From contig OX597817.1 in the NCBI GenBank assembly GCA_951406725.2, positions 90,024,001 through 90,088,000 of the forward strand: a DNA stretch of 64,000 bases, in the 5' to 3' direction. Under the pieces are notes generated by a model. That model was not told the DNA's origin, searched no databases, and saw only the letters and a program-made list of their open reading frames with translations. This DNA is from Octopus vulgaris. Taxonomy: Eukaryota. Made by a program: the position numbers and the translations under genes. Of this stretch, positions 26,986 to 38,322 are shown piece by piece; the stretch's first letter is position 1, and each line of letters starts with the position of its first letter.

Positions 26986-27116
26986 ATGAAGGTTACCTTC
27001 TGTTTCTGGTCCACGTCAACGATATAGCAGCACTGCAAATTGGTTGCAGGCTAAAAGGAGAATCTGTGGTATCTCAGGTGTGGTTGAATGGTATTTTAGA
27101 GAAACAAGTATCCTTG
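26986..27116 (+). CDS. MPHOSPH8: MPP8-like C-terminal-domain exon (YEGYLLFLVHVNDIAALQIGCRLKGESVVSQVWLNGILEKQVSL)
   Basis: Acceptor ttttactttgtag, donor TTG|GTAAGT, phase 1 to 0. Parallels MPP8 GILLFIFHAN...ARLCGPCSVQAVVLND. Absent from the ORF track. Confidence 0.92.
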
Positions 27117-27409
27117 GTAAGTAACATTTAGCTTGTTTTTGAAGTGGGTGGGGGTGTTCTGTTTTCTTCCACTAAAACTTAATTACCAACACAGTGAGAG
27201 AGCTCCTATGTGTTGGTTAATCCCCTCAGAAAGAGTAATAATATCAGCTTTAAATTACACCATGCCTGTTTATAAAAGGAAGGACACATTGGATAAGATC
27301 CTAGGTACACTCTCTGAATATAAGACTGAATGTTAATTACTGGAATCAGTGATGGCTCATAAATAAAATCAGTTGGGGTGCTGCTTCAGAAGACTTTTAG
27401 CTGTTTTAA

Positions 27410-28485
27410 CCCTTTTGTTACTATATTTCTGACCAAAATACACCCCTTATGTGTTTCAATTAATTTCTAACGTAATCATAAATTTAGTCTGGTTTCATTA
27501 AACAACTATAACTTTTTTATTTATCAATATATTAACGGGAATTTTGGAAGATAATTTAATGAAATTTTCTCAACCAATTCTATACTATAATTTTTGTCAC
27601 AAAGTGGCTCTAATTGCAGGTAGATACAGGTAAATTCAACAAAATATAAAATTATTAAAATTTTGTTCAAACATCGCTATAGAAAATGGGTTATTAGCTA
27701 ATATTCAATTGGGTATACAAGAAAATTTTACAATAGAATTTGTTATTCTGGGTAACTTTCTGATACCTATAATAATATTTATGGCAAAATAGTCTTAATT
27801 TTATTTAAGGTTGTGGGAAACCACAAAGTATCCTTTCTTTCGCTTTGTTTACGTTTAGCGTAACGGTTCGTTTCCGCCGTAATGAGTTCAAATAGACTCA
27901 TCGGAAAAAGTAAAAAGAAATAGTCTAAGGCTTTACTCTTCTGGGAAAGTCTGTGGCTTGGTCCAGTTTCTTCAGAAAAATCACCGAAAGAAACAGTTTT
28001 TAAATTTTCACTCCATTCAGGTGCCAATTCATTTTCTTTATCGCTGTCGGAGCTCTCGGATTCACTGTTTTCACTTTCGGAAAATGAAACATCAGATTCA
28101 TTATCAAATACCACATGCTTTTTTTTTTCAGTCATAGAGTTAGATTTATGAAGGTCTTCAGTAGAAAATCCTTCGAATTCTGACTCGCTGCTTGATATAA
28201 TGAAATTCGTATCCATTTTTTGTCAGAATTACAAATTTTGAAAACACAATAGGAACAAATTTCGGAAAAAAATCTCCCAAAATTCACGGAATTAAAATTA
28301 CACTTCGATTTTTGTACAGAACTGTAGTTGAACTCTTTATGAAGTATAATACGTATTTTCACGAATGTTCTAAAGAGATTTGCTCTAATATTCTCATTTA
28401 AATATGAATAGGTAAATTCGGGCGGTTTTGGGCGGCTTGGTCACATTAACCAAAATTTTTTTCGGGCAGTTTGGTAACGAAAGGG
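27410..28485 (-). mobile_element. Internally deleted piggyBac transposon (1076 bp) in an MPP8 intron
   Basis: TTAA TSDs at 27406-27409 and 28486-28489. TIRs CCCTTTTGTTAC / GTAACGAAAGGG (11/12 match). Carries a transposase 5' fragment. Confidence 0.92.
27779..28216 (-). pseudogene. Truncated piggyBac (PGBD-like) transposase N-terminus, 145 aa
   Basis: ATG start, acidic Ser-rich N-terminus, then GP...LDYFFLLFP...I..ETNRYA...W..TT..IK, typical of the start of the piggyBac DDD domain. The catalytic region is deleted. Confidence 0.88.
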
Positions 28486-28633
28486 TTAATATTGTGTACA
28501 AGGAAACAAACATGTAAAAAGAATATTTATACATAAATACACACACGTTCATAATGTGTGTGTAAGTGTTCAATCTGTTTTGATCTTTTGTCTGCCTAAT
28601 GTTTAATGTTGGTTGTGTTCTTTTTTTTCTTAG

Positions 28634-28714
28634 CCATCAAAGTTTGTGATGTCATTCAGGAATCTCAGGCATGGAGACAACACATTGCTTATTGAAACAT
28701 ACCCTGATGTCAGA
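28634..28714 (+). CDS. MPHOSPH8: MPP8-like C-terminal-domain exon (PSKFVMSFRNLRHGDNTLLIETYPDVR)
   Basis: Acceptor (t)n-cttag, donor AGA|GTAAGT, phase 0 to 0. Parallels MPP8 SHFVYSF....GPNKLFI. Confidence 0.9.
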
Positions 28715-29735
28715 GTAAGTTACTTTTTATTCTCACTTCCTACCCCATTCCCCCATCACCAACATACAGATGACATAGAACATATTAGTTTGCTTGAGCT
28801 TAATCTCACCAAACTTGATGGCAATTGCTATTGAATTTGAGTCAACAAAGCAGTCTCTGCTTGGCTGCTCTATTCGCAAGAAATAGTAGCCAAATATTTC
28901 TGAAATTACACCCTAGTGTCTTCAAAAGGAAGATATTTAAAACTATATTCGATTTTGTGGTATTAGATATGTGATGTTTGAACAAAAGGATAAAATGATT
29001 ATTAGATTGAATGATTTTTATCATAGGTCTACTCAGAGATAGACTAGGGCCAAACAACAGCTATACCAACTGAGAAATGTAAAATGGAATGTTCTTTCGT
29101 TAGTATCATGAGCTAAAGCCAAAATGAATTATCTTCTCTAGTCTCAAGCTGACCAATACCTTGTGGGTGAAATTAGTAGACACTTTACTGAAACCCATTA
29201 TGTATGTGTGTGGATGCAGAGTGTGGTTTAATGATTATGAAGTAGGCTTTGCAACCCCGAGATCTTAGTTTCAATCCCTTTGCATAGCCTTACAGAAGCC
29301 TGTTTTAATTATTTCTGTAATTTTAAAAATACTGTACTATCATATACTGTATCACAATCTTTCTTCAGAATTATGTTAAAGTTACACATGTTTATGGAAT
29401 ACTCAGTCACTTGATCAAAAAACTTAACCTTATTGTCTAGCAACAGAGATCCACCAGTACCTGATGTATGTGTGTGCATCTGCATAGGTGTAGCTTGTTT
29501 GATTGGTTAAGAAGTTTGCTTTCCAATCAGAGGGTCCTGGGTTCAGTCCTACTGTGTGGCATCTTGGGTAAATTCCACTTTCTATAGTCCCAGGTTGACT
29601 TCTTTTTTGTATGAAACTGGGTAAATAGAAACTATAGATGTCTGTCTGGTGAATTACACTTGTATAATGCCTATTCTGCTTGAAAATTATGTTAAGTGTA
29701 CTCGCTGTCTATGGAATACTCTGTTATCGTTAATA

Positions 29736-29955
29736 AGGCAGCAAGCTGGCAGAATCATTAGCATGCTGAGCAAAATGCTTAACAGCACTTCATCCGTCCT
29801 TATGTTCCGAGTTCAAATTCCACCAAGGTCAACTTTTGCCTTTCATCTTTTTGGAGGTTGATAAAATAAGTACCAGTTGAGCCTTGGGGTTGATGTAATT
29901 GACTTAACCTTCTCCTCTGAATTGAATGCTTTTGTACCAAAATTTTGAAACCATT
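29736..29955 (+). mobile_element. tRNA-derived SINE (Meta-domain-like family)
   Basis: Full match to the 17337 copy. Confidence 0.85.
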
Positions 29956-30155
29956 AATTCAGGAGTGGTTAATTCAGATGATCGATCAACTGAATCCTAA
30001 TCATCAAAATCAGGGATTTACAATTCTACATATGTGTGTCTTGATATTATCGCTTTGCAGATTGTTGTTTTAGTTCAGTTTATCATCATCACATCATCTT
30101 CTGTATTCCATGTATTAGATATAATTTAACATCAAATATGTCTTTATCTCTTGCT

Positions 30156-30195
<40 letters not shown>

Positions 30196-30532
30196 TTTGA
30201 ATTGATTCATTTATTTGAAGCTGAGGCTTCACTCTGTCTCTACTCTGAGTCTTACTGTCATTATTCAAAACTGGTACATTCTTGAATAATGAATAAATCA
30301 TCATCATCATTGTCCATGCTGGCATGGATTGGAGGGCTGCACCAAACTCCAGTCTAATTTGGCATTGTTTCTATGGCCTGATGCCCTTCTTAATGCCAAC
30401 CACTTTACAGAGTGCTGGGTGCTTTTACATAGTTTCACACAGACTTTTTTACATTATGCATTATGAATTAAATGCATATATGTATAGTATATCTGTATCA
30501 TAACTATTCTCTTTTTTTCTTTTTCTTTTCAG

Positions 30533-30580
30533 ATAACATTATTAATATGTGCATATAAAATTAGAATGAATACTGGATGA
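30533..30580 (+). CDS. MPHOSPH8: MPP8-like terminal coding exon (ITLLICAYKIRMNTG*)
   Basis: Long polypyrimidine tract plus cag at 30532, stop TGA at 30578-30580. Matches the MPP8 C-terminus VKLLIGAYRVQLQ as recalled. Confidence 0.9.
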   Translation: MTLLICAYKIRMNTG

Positions 30581-31784
30581 AAATGGTTGTGGTGTCAGTA
30601 AGAAAATGTTCAAAATGTAGGAAAAAAACCAGGTGAAATGTAAAGAAGTAAAGCTACAAAGAGGAGGACAGTTATCAGAAAAGTGAGATGTGGAAACATA
30701 AAGTAACCTTCGACCCTTTGTCTTTCATATATCTTTATAAAGGAGGAAACATTATTATGATTATTATTATTATCATTATTATTAGCCCCCTAATTTATAT
30801 TGACTAAGAGACATGGAAAGCAATAAGAATAGACTGGTGTCTAATGAATTCAAGCAGGTTTGTGAACATCCGTTCATTGTATAGTGAGTTAGTGAACTTC
30901 ACTCCTCCACAACAAGCACCCACCAGTGTTCATTGCGAACAGATCAGCAAATGAAGAGTTCATTTCCACACAGATTTAGCTGAATTATTATTAATATTAT
31001 TACTACTACTATTATTATTATTGTTGTTATGATTATTACATGGACAGTATCATTTCACCATGGAGTTGTTTCCTGATAATCAGAATTTTAAAAAAATGAA
31101 AAACAAAATAAAAGGAAAAGAGGTTCCGTTCACACCTGGTGGGCGCTGTTGTCGTCGTTGATGCTGTTGCTGCTGCTGTCATTGTCATTATGACCAACTC
31201 TGCAATGCCCTCTTTTTTTTGCACCTGGACACAGAGACAATTCATTTGGATTGCTGGAACTACCCACCCCCTCCCACATGTTCCAGTCACAAAAAGAAAA
31301 AAAAACAAAATAAAACACACAGGCTAACACTTCAATTTTTTTTTTTTTTTTTGGGGGATACACCTCTCACTTTTTCCTACGAAATGTCCTACCTGACTGA
31401 CTTTTCATATGGTTCCAGCTGACACCCCAGTTTGAAACCTCCAAATCGGAATGTAAGCTAAGCACTGTGTTGGTGTGTTGCCATACCGACTGACTCAACC
31501 AATATCTACCTTAAAGCTGATTCATCAGGACTTGATATAAACTGGGTTGCTTCGTGAAACCCTGCTCACTGCTGAGAGCATTACCAAGCTAACAAAGGAA
31601 AAGAGACATTATACATCTTCTCAGCAGAGATTGATGTTATATGCTGATGCCTGGCGTGTCATCATTTTGGGAAGGATTGTTTTTTTTTTTTTGTTTTTTT
31701 TTTTTTAAACCTTCTCACTTACAGAATTTGTTTATTTGTAGCTAATTGCTACTTTAATTATTAATTATTCTGTATTATTTTAAT

Positions 31785-32395
31785 GGCAGTGGATGGCAGA
31801 ATCAGTAGAGCGCCGGACAAAATGCTTTGCGGTATTTGGTCGCGACCCTGTACACACTGAGTTCAAAATACCACTTGGGCCAACTTTGCCTTTCATCCTC
31901 CCAGAGTTGAGGTTGATAAAATAAAGTACCAGCCAAATACTGGGGTCGATTTAATCGATTGTTCCTTTCCCCCCACACTCAAAATGTGAGGCTTTGTGCC
32001 TAACTTAGAAATCATCATTATCATTATTATTATTATTTTAGGAGCAGCTGATGGCAGAATCGGTAGAGCACTGGACAAAATGCTTTGCAGTATTTGGTTG
32101 CATGCCCTGTACTTTCCGAGTTCTGAAATTTTGCTGGGGTTGACTTTGCCTTTTATCCCTCTGGTAGGGACTAATAAAATTAAAGTACCAGTCATGAATT
32201 GAGGAAGGATTCAGATTTAGTCATCTCTGCAGCCTTCCTCCTATCACTTGTGAATTTGTGGCCACGGGGCTAAAGTAAGAAATCATCATCATTATTATTA
32301 TTTTTTAAATACCACTAATGTGCTGGGGTTAACATAAATTACTGTTTCTGACCCTCCCCCACTCCATACACACACCTAGATTTCTGGCCTTGAGA
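31785..32395 (+). mobile_element. Tandem SINE cluster downstream of the MPP8 stop codon
   Basis: Two full copies and one partial copy of the Meta-like SINE, separated by (ATC/ATT)n tails. Confidence 0.8.
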
Positions 32396-34199
32396 AATTA
32401 TTGCTACTATTAGTATAACAGGCCTGGCCCTTTTCTCATTCTCTACTCTCCACTATACACACTTACACACTCCCACTCCCAACATCTACACCCCTCTCCT
32501 CTGACTTTGTTTTTGTCCACCCAAACCTCCCGTTCTCTCCCTTTTCTTGACTGTACAGTTTTTGATTCTGCTGCTGCTGCTTTCTGCCGTGTCATCTTCA
32601 CTTCCATTACTGCTATCATCTTCCTCATCACTCTCATGACTTTATAAAAACAATTCCTTTACAAATTAATCTTTCAAAACAGGCAGAAAAGTTGTTGTTT
32701 TTTTTTAAGTAGGGGAAATGAGATTGAGAAAGTCTGTTCATCTTTTCGTCCCTTTTGTCTCTGAAAGTTCTAGTGTACATTGTAACATCATCACCACAAC
32801 CACAACATTCATAGAACTCTCAGCAGGAATTTCTTGCTTTATATATACACTCACATACACACACACAGTTACTTTCTCTTCTCTTTCTCTTTTCATATTA
32901 TGGCACATTTACTTTCTTTCCTCAATCGAGTTAAATTCAGAATGACTTAAACTCAACAAATAATAAGCAGTACGAAAGTCTTGACCATTCCAGTTGGTCT
33001 TTGAATAATAGTTTCAGGTGATCCTTCCTCTTTTCCCTCCACTTCTTTCCTCAGCTGACAGAAAAATGTTAAATGTCAGAGCATCAAGTTAAATAGTGAA
33101 ATGCCTCACAGCATTTAGATTGGTAATTGTTGTTGTTATATGTTTGGGAAAGAAGCCAGTCAAATATCACACTAGTGTTGGCTTTTAACTCCTTTCATCT
33201 GAGTGGATGCATTTGTAGTATAAGTACCAGTGATACTATTGGGATGATTCAATTCACTACACAAATTTGTCCTTTGCCAATGTGAGATGATGGAAATAAA
33301 AATAAATACTGTTATTATTATGAGGATGTCTGACTTGCAGAAGTGTAAGAGCATCATCTCTATATTTTAGCTATCAGTGTTTTGCCACTGGCCTTCTCCA
33401 CTCTGAAATTAAAGTCTCTCATCATTTCTAAAGTCTTAAAAAACCCTTAACTGCCGGGCCAGCCCCTAAGTAATTAATCATTTCAATACATATCATTGGT
33501 TCATCAACGTACTTCTTTATATTGATTATATCAGGTAGGCAAGGCACCGTGCTACCCTCTTCCCCTATATTGAATCTCTCTCTCTCTCTCGATATATATA
33601 GTGAATGCAAAAGAAGAGTTTGTGTGTGTGTACTTTTCTTTCCTCCCTCTATCTAGTCCATCCATACATTCTTTTTTTCCCCTAGAACTCCTTCCTTATG
33701 TTTCTCACATTCATCTCTTTCCCTTTTATAATTTTTCTCTCTATTTTCTATTTAGTTTTAATGTAGAGAAATTTAACAAATTATTACTGGCAATTATTTT
33801 AATTACATACTGTAATTAGTGCATCGTTTTGGTTAACATCCTCTTTGGTGCTTCCTTCTACTGCTGTTTCTCTTTTGTCATTTTAATCTACCCTATGGAT
33901 GGGATGTAGATGTAACAGTTGTTCCGCTGTATATAGGAGGCTGTGGTACGTCTAACACCATTATTTGACTTTTAGGTAATTTTTGTGGTGTTGTATACAT
34001 CCCAGAACTCTAGTTCCCTCCATTTAGGTTGGAACTCAGATACACTAGCTTCACTTATCTGGGAGTGTGGTTTTGATACTCCTCAACATCACTAATGTAC
34101 CAGGGTGTGACTGATGTGAATGGGATGTGACTGAGGTTATGTAAGGTAGGCTTTTGATTTAGTGGAAGTAAGGTAAAATAATTTTGAGAAAAAGTAGTT

Positions 34200-34470
34200 G
34201 GTTGTGTCATACTTATTGTGTAGGGCAGAAGTGTGTATGATAATGTACTGGATTGTGTCATACTTATTGTGTAGGGCAGAAGTGTGTATGATAATGTACT
34301 GGATTGTGAGGGCAGAAGTGGGTGAGGATAACACTGGTTAATGTAGGGCAGGAGCGGGTGGAGAAAACACTTGTGTATGTGTGTGTGTAGGGCAGAAGCA
34401 GGTAGGGATAACACAGGTTTGTGTTGGGCTGAGATGGGTGGGGAAAACATATTGGTTTATGTAGGGCAGG
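34200..34470. repeat. ~51-bp tandem duplication grading into degenerate gtagggcagaag units
   Basis: ttgtgtcatacttattgtgtagggcagaagtgtgtatgataatgtactgga occurs twice adjacently, followed by decayed units. Confidence 0.85.
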
Positions 34471-37375
34471 GGTATATGGGTGGGGTTTGGTCATTCATGT
34501 AGTCTTAGTCAGTTTTCATCACACTGACCTTCAGCATCAAGTTGACCAACAATTGGAGATTAACAGATCAAGTTCTTTAATTACAACATCCTTCTCTCTG
34601 TATACTCTAACATGCCGTGTTAGAAATAGCAGCAAAATGGAAAATGGAAATAGCAGCAAAATCTTCCATAAATTACTTTACATCTTTGAAAGGAAAGCAA
34701 AAATAAAGAACCGAAACTTGAAAACATTAAAACACTGGTGTGGAGTAGATATTGTGCATGATGAATGTAGCTAAACAATGGCTAGGTAGAAGTGGGACAC
34801 TTTGGTGGTTGATGTAGAGCAAATGTGGATTCATGTAGATGTGGGACATACCCAATATTTATCTGGCCTGCTGTTGTTCTTGAGTAAGCGGGTTACTAAA
34901 TATCTCTGATAGCTGGTCCTCATAGAGTAGAATTTACTTAGAGATTAAAAATGTTGTGGGGAACCCATTCCATGAACGATAGTATCTTTCAATGAAGCTT
35001 CAATGGATACGTGATAGCTTTGCTGTCATATCAATTAAAGTACAATACTGGACATTTTCTGGGTTTTGTCTTTTCCTTGGGATTTTCAAGAAATTTGAAA
35101 TTTCAAATGGGTGCAGGTATGGCTGTATAGTTAAGAAGTCCATTTTACTGCCATGGGTTCTTTGTTCGATCTCACTGGATAACAGTTTGAGTGTCTTCTG
35201 CCTTGTGCTCAATCTCTTGTGAGTGGAATTTTGCAAATGGAAACTGTGCAGAATCCTTGTGTGTGTGTATATACTGATTATTTGTCAGCAAGTATGTAGT
35301 CTTGGGAAAGAAATAAAGTTGATACTCTTCAAATGAAGTCCTTTGTGATATATATTCTGCCCTAAGTTACAGACACACCCTTGTTATTCTCGTTAGCAAT
35401 GCAGTGAGCCAGTAATTGCCCATTGGAAACTTGTGACCAATGACAATTGTGATATAAAATAAATTGATATACCAAAAAAAATATTTTTATAAGCTCGGAT
35501 CTGGAAAGTAAATTTTGAATTGACTGAAATTTCATTTTATGAAGAAAAAAACAACCAGATCTTTATTTCTACTAACGACATAATTGTGCTAGCATTTCTC
35601 TGATCACCCTCTTGTCTATTCTTTGTCCCTCTCTCCTCTCTCCCCCATTTTTTCCTTAGTATTTTGGATGAAATTCTCTTGTTCTGCTTGCTTGCCTGTT
35701 GTTTCATCCCAATCTCTTCTCCAGGTGCATCATTTCTCTAGAAATTGTTTTACATATATATTTATGTGTATGTGTGTGTGATAAATACATGCCTTGCAGA
35801 CTTGTCCTTCTTATTGCATCTGGGATCAACATTTCTTATTTTCCAACTCGTCATAATAAGTTCTTGGGGGATGATCTTGGGATGCAAAAAACATTTTAAA
35901 GAAATTTCTACATGTCTCATCTGCTTAAACTCCTTCCTCTCATTTTGTTCTTCTTCACCTTACTTTCTGTACTCGTTCTTTTTCACATAAATACTTTTTC
36001 ACTCTTCCCTCTTACTCTCTCTCTTGCTCTAAATAACATACTTTAAACACCACCATCATTATCACCAATGTTCCTCCCTGTGAATCTCTTGATCTCCCCC
36101 TTCTCACTAAATGTTTCCAACACACTCTCCTTTCTGCTCATAGATGGGTGAGGGCCACACCTGCTCACTAAACTCAGTAGGGCATGGTTCTTCGTAAACT
36201 CAACATTTAATTATATTCTAGGGACTTTTTTTTTATTTGTTTGCATCTGTGTGTGGAAGAGGTGCGGTTTGAAAAATAAATTAAATAAAATTGAAGAAGT
36301 GAAATACCCATACACATGCATCCATATTATCATCACCAACTAGACGGCTCCCTTTCTCAGCAAAGATTCAATTTATCTATTAAAAGAACACATTTTACTG
36401 TCAAATTCTGAATCAAGAAAACATAAGCAAGTCCCCACCCACTTCCTCTGACTACCCCCTTTAAAAAAATCATTGACCAAAACCATTATTTTTTTCCAAT
36501 AAGTCTTAACTTCTTTGGAATTGAAAACAAGTGAAAAAATATTAAGATATATATAAAAGACAATAATAATAATGATGATAATGATTAAAAACACATTCCT
36601 TGTGTCTGGACCTCTTTTCCAGCAAAGTCCACCATTACACTTATTTTCTCTCTCTCTCTCTCACAGACTCCTCACTCCATCTCTCTCTCTCTTTCTCTCT
36701 CTTCACCAGCCGATCATCTCTTAATTGTTTTCCCATTCTTCATTTTATTAATTATATATATATACATATATATATGTCTCCCTCACATCCTTTTCCCTCA
36801 CTCCCTTATTTATTTACTTCAGAACAACATGAAAAAAGAAAGAAAAAAATAAACAACAAAACCAACCAAAAAATATATAAAAAATATAAGCAAAAACAAA
36901 AAAAATCTGTTGGCAGGTTTTTAAGGCCTCGAAATAAAGTTGTACATTATTGCAAATATATTGAGTTTGTGTAGATTTACTGCTGCTGCTACTACTGCTG
37001 CTGCCACCTCCAGGTCTTTGTGTTTTGCCTGATGGTCTATCCGCTTTATTTGTGTTGGTCTGTCTGGTCTATGTGTACCTGTCTAACTGCTTTATGTTTG
37101 GTCTATCTGTCTATTTGTGTCAGTTTGTCTATGCAATCTAAGTCTGGTTTGTCTATCCATCTTGTGTGTATGTCTGTCTGCTTGTTTGGATTGTATATCT
37201 GTCAGGTCTGTCTTATTACCATCCTACTGTGTACAGTTTTATCATGCCATTTTTGTTTTGCCATATTGTATCTTATGAACACACTCATACATACTACACT
37301 ACACTATTTCCATTAATAGTTTACACTTCATCTACTGGAAGTTACATAATTTATATACCATATGTATATTGCATG

Positions 37376-37414
<39 letters not shown>

Positions 37415-37793
37415 AAACTTACTTGGAAGTGGATGTGTGGCGTTCGATCATATAATAACAATGCATATGTTTTATTTATTATTTTGTTATTATATATATA
37501 TAGATATATATATATACATACATATATATATACTTTATTAAAAAGCAGCAAAAAATATCACAAAAACTGTTACTCAGAGCTGCTTCACTTTCCCGTTCGT
37601 TGGACAGTTTTGTTTAGAATGAAACAAAAATAAGGTTATAAGCAAACATATACAGTTAGTTTAATAGATACACATTTGAAAATGGTTTTGTTTCATTGGT
37701 CCTTTCAACTAACGATCTTTACAATGACTGGTTGCATGCAATGAACAAATTTCAGTATAAAATCGAAGAATACCTTAAGTCAAAAATAGCTTA

Positions 37794-38091
37794 TCATCAT
37801 CATCGTTTAGCGTCCGCTTTCCATGCTAGCATGGGTTGGACGGGTCAACTGGGGTCTGTGAAGCTGGAAGGCTTCGTCAGGCCCAGTCAGATCTGGCAGT
37901 GTTTCTACGGCTGGATGCCCTTCCTAACGCCAACCACTCCGCGAGTGTAGTGGGTGTTTTTTACGTGCCACCTGCACAGGTGCCAGACAGAGCTGGCGAA
38001 CGGCCACGAACGGATGGTGCTTTTACGTGTCACCGGCACGGGGCCAGGCGATGCTGGCAACGGACACGAACGGATGGTGCTTTTACGTGCC
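37794..38091 (-). mobile_element. Young RTE-tail family insertion in the centre of the foldback
   Basis: (CAT)n start, CpG-rich, with three gtg(c/t)ttttacgtg units. Near-identical in layout to 41756-42075. Confidence 0.85.
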
Positions 38092-38278
38092 ATTAAATCA
38101 AAATCAAATGATTTAAGGTTTTCTTTGATTTTATAATAAGATGATTTTATACCAAAGTTTGTTCATTGTAAAGACCGTTAGTTGAAAGGACCAATGAAAC
38201 AAAACCATTTTGAAATGTGTATCTATTAAACTAATTGTATATCTTTGCTTATAACCGTATTTTTGTTCCACTCTAAAC

Positions 38279-38322
38279 AAAACTGTCTGACGAACAGGAA
38301 TGTGAAACTGAGTAACAGTTTT
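38279..38322 (+). ncRNA. Minimal type I hammerhead ribozyme motif
   Basis: AAAACUGU (stem I) - CUGACGA - ACA GGAA UGU (stem II) - GAAA - C UGA G - UA - ACAGUUUU (stem I'). All core nucleotides present, 8-bp stem I, GUA cleavage triplet at 38312-38314. Confidence 0.8.
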
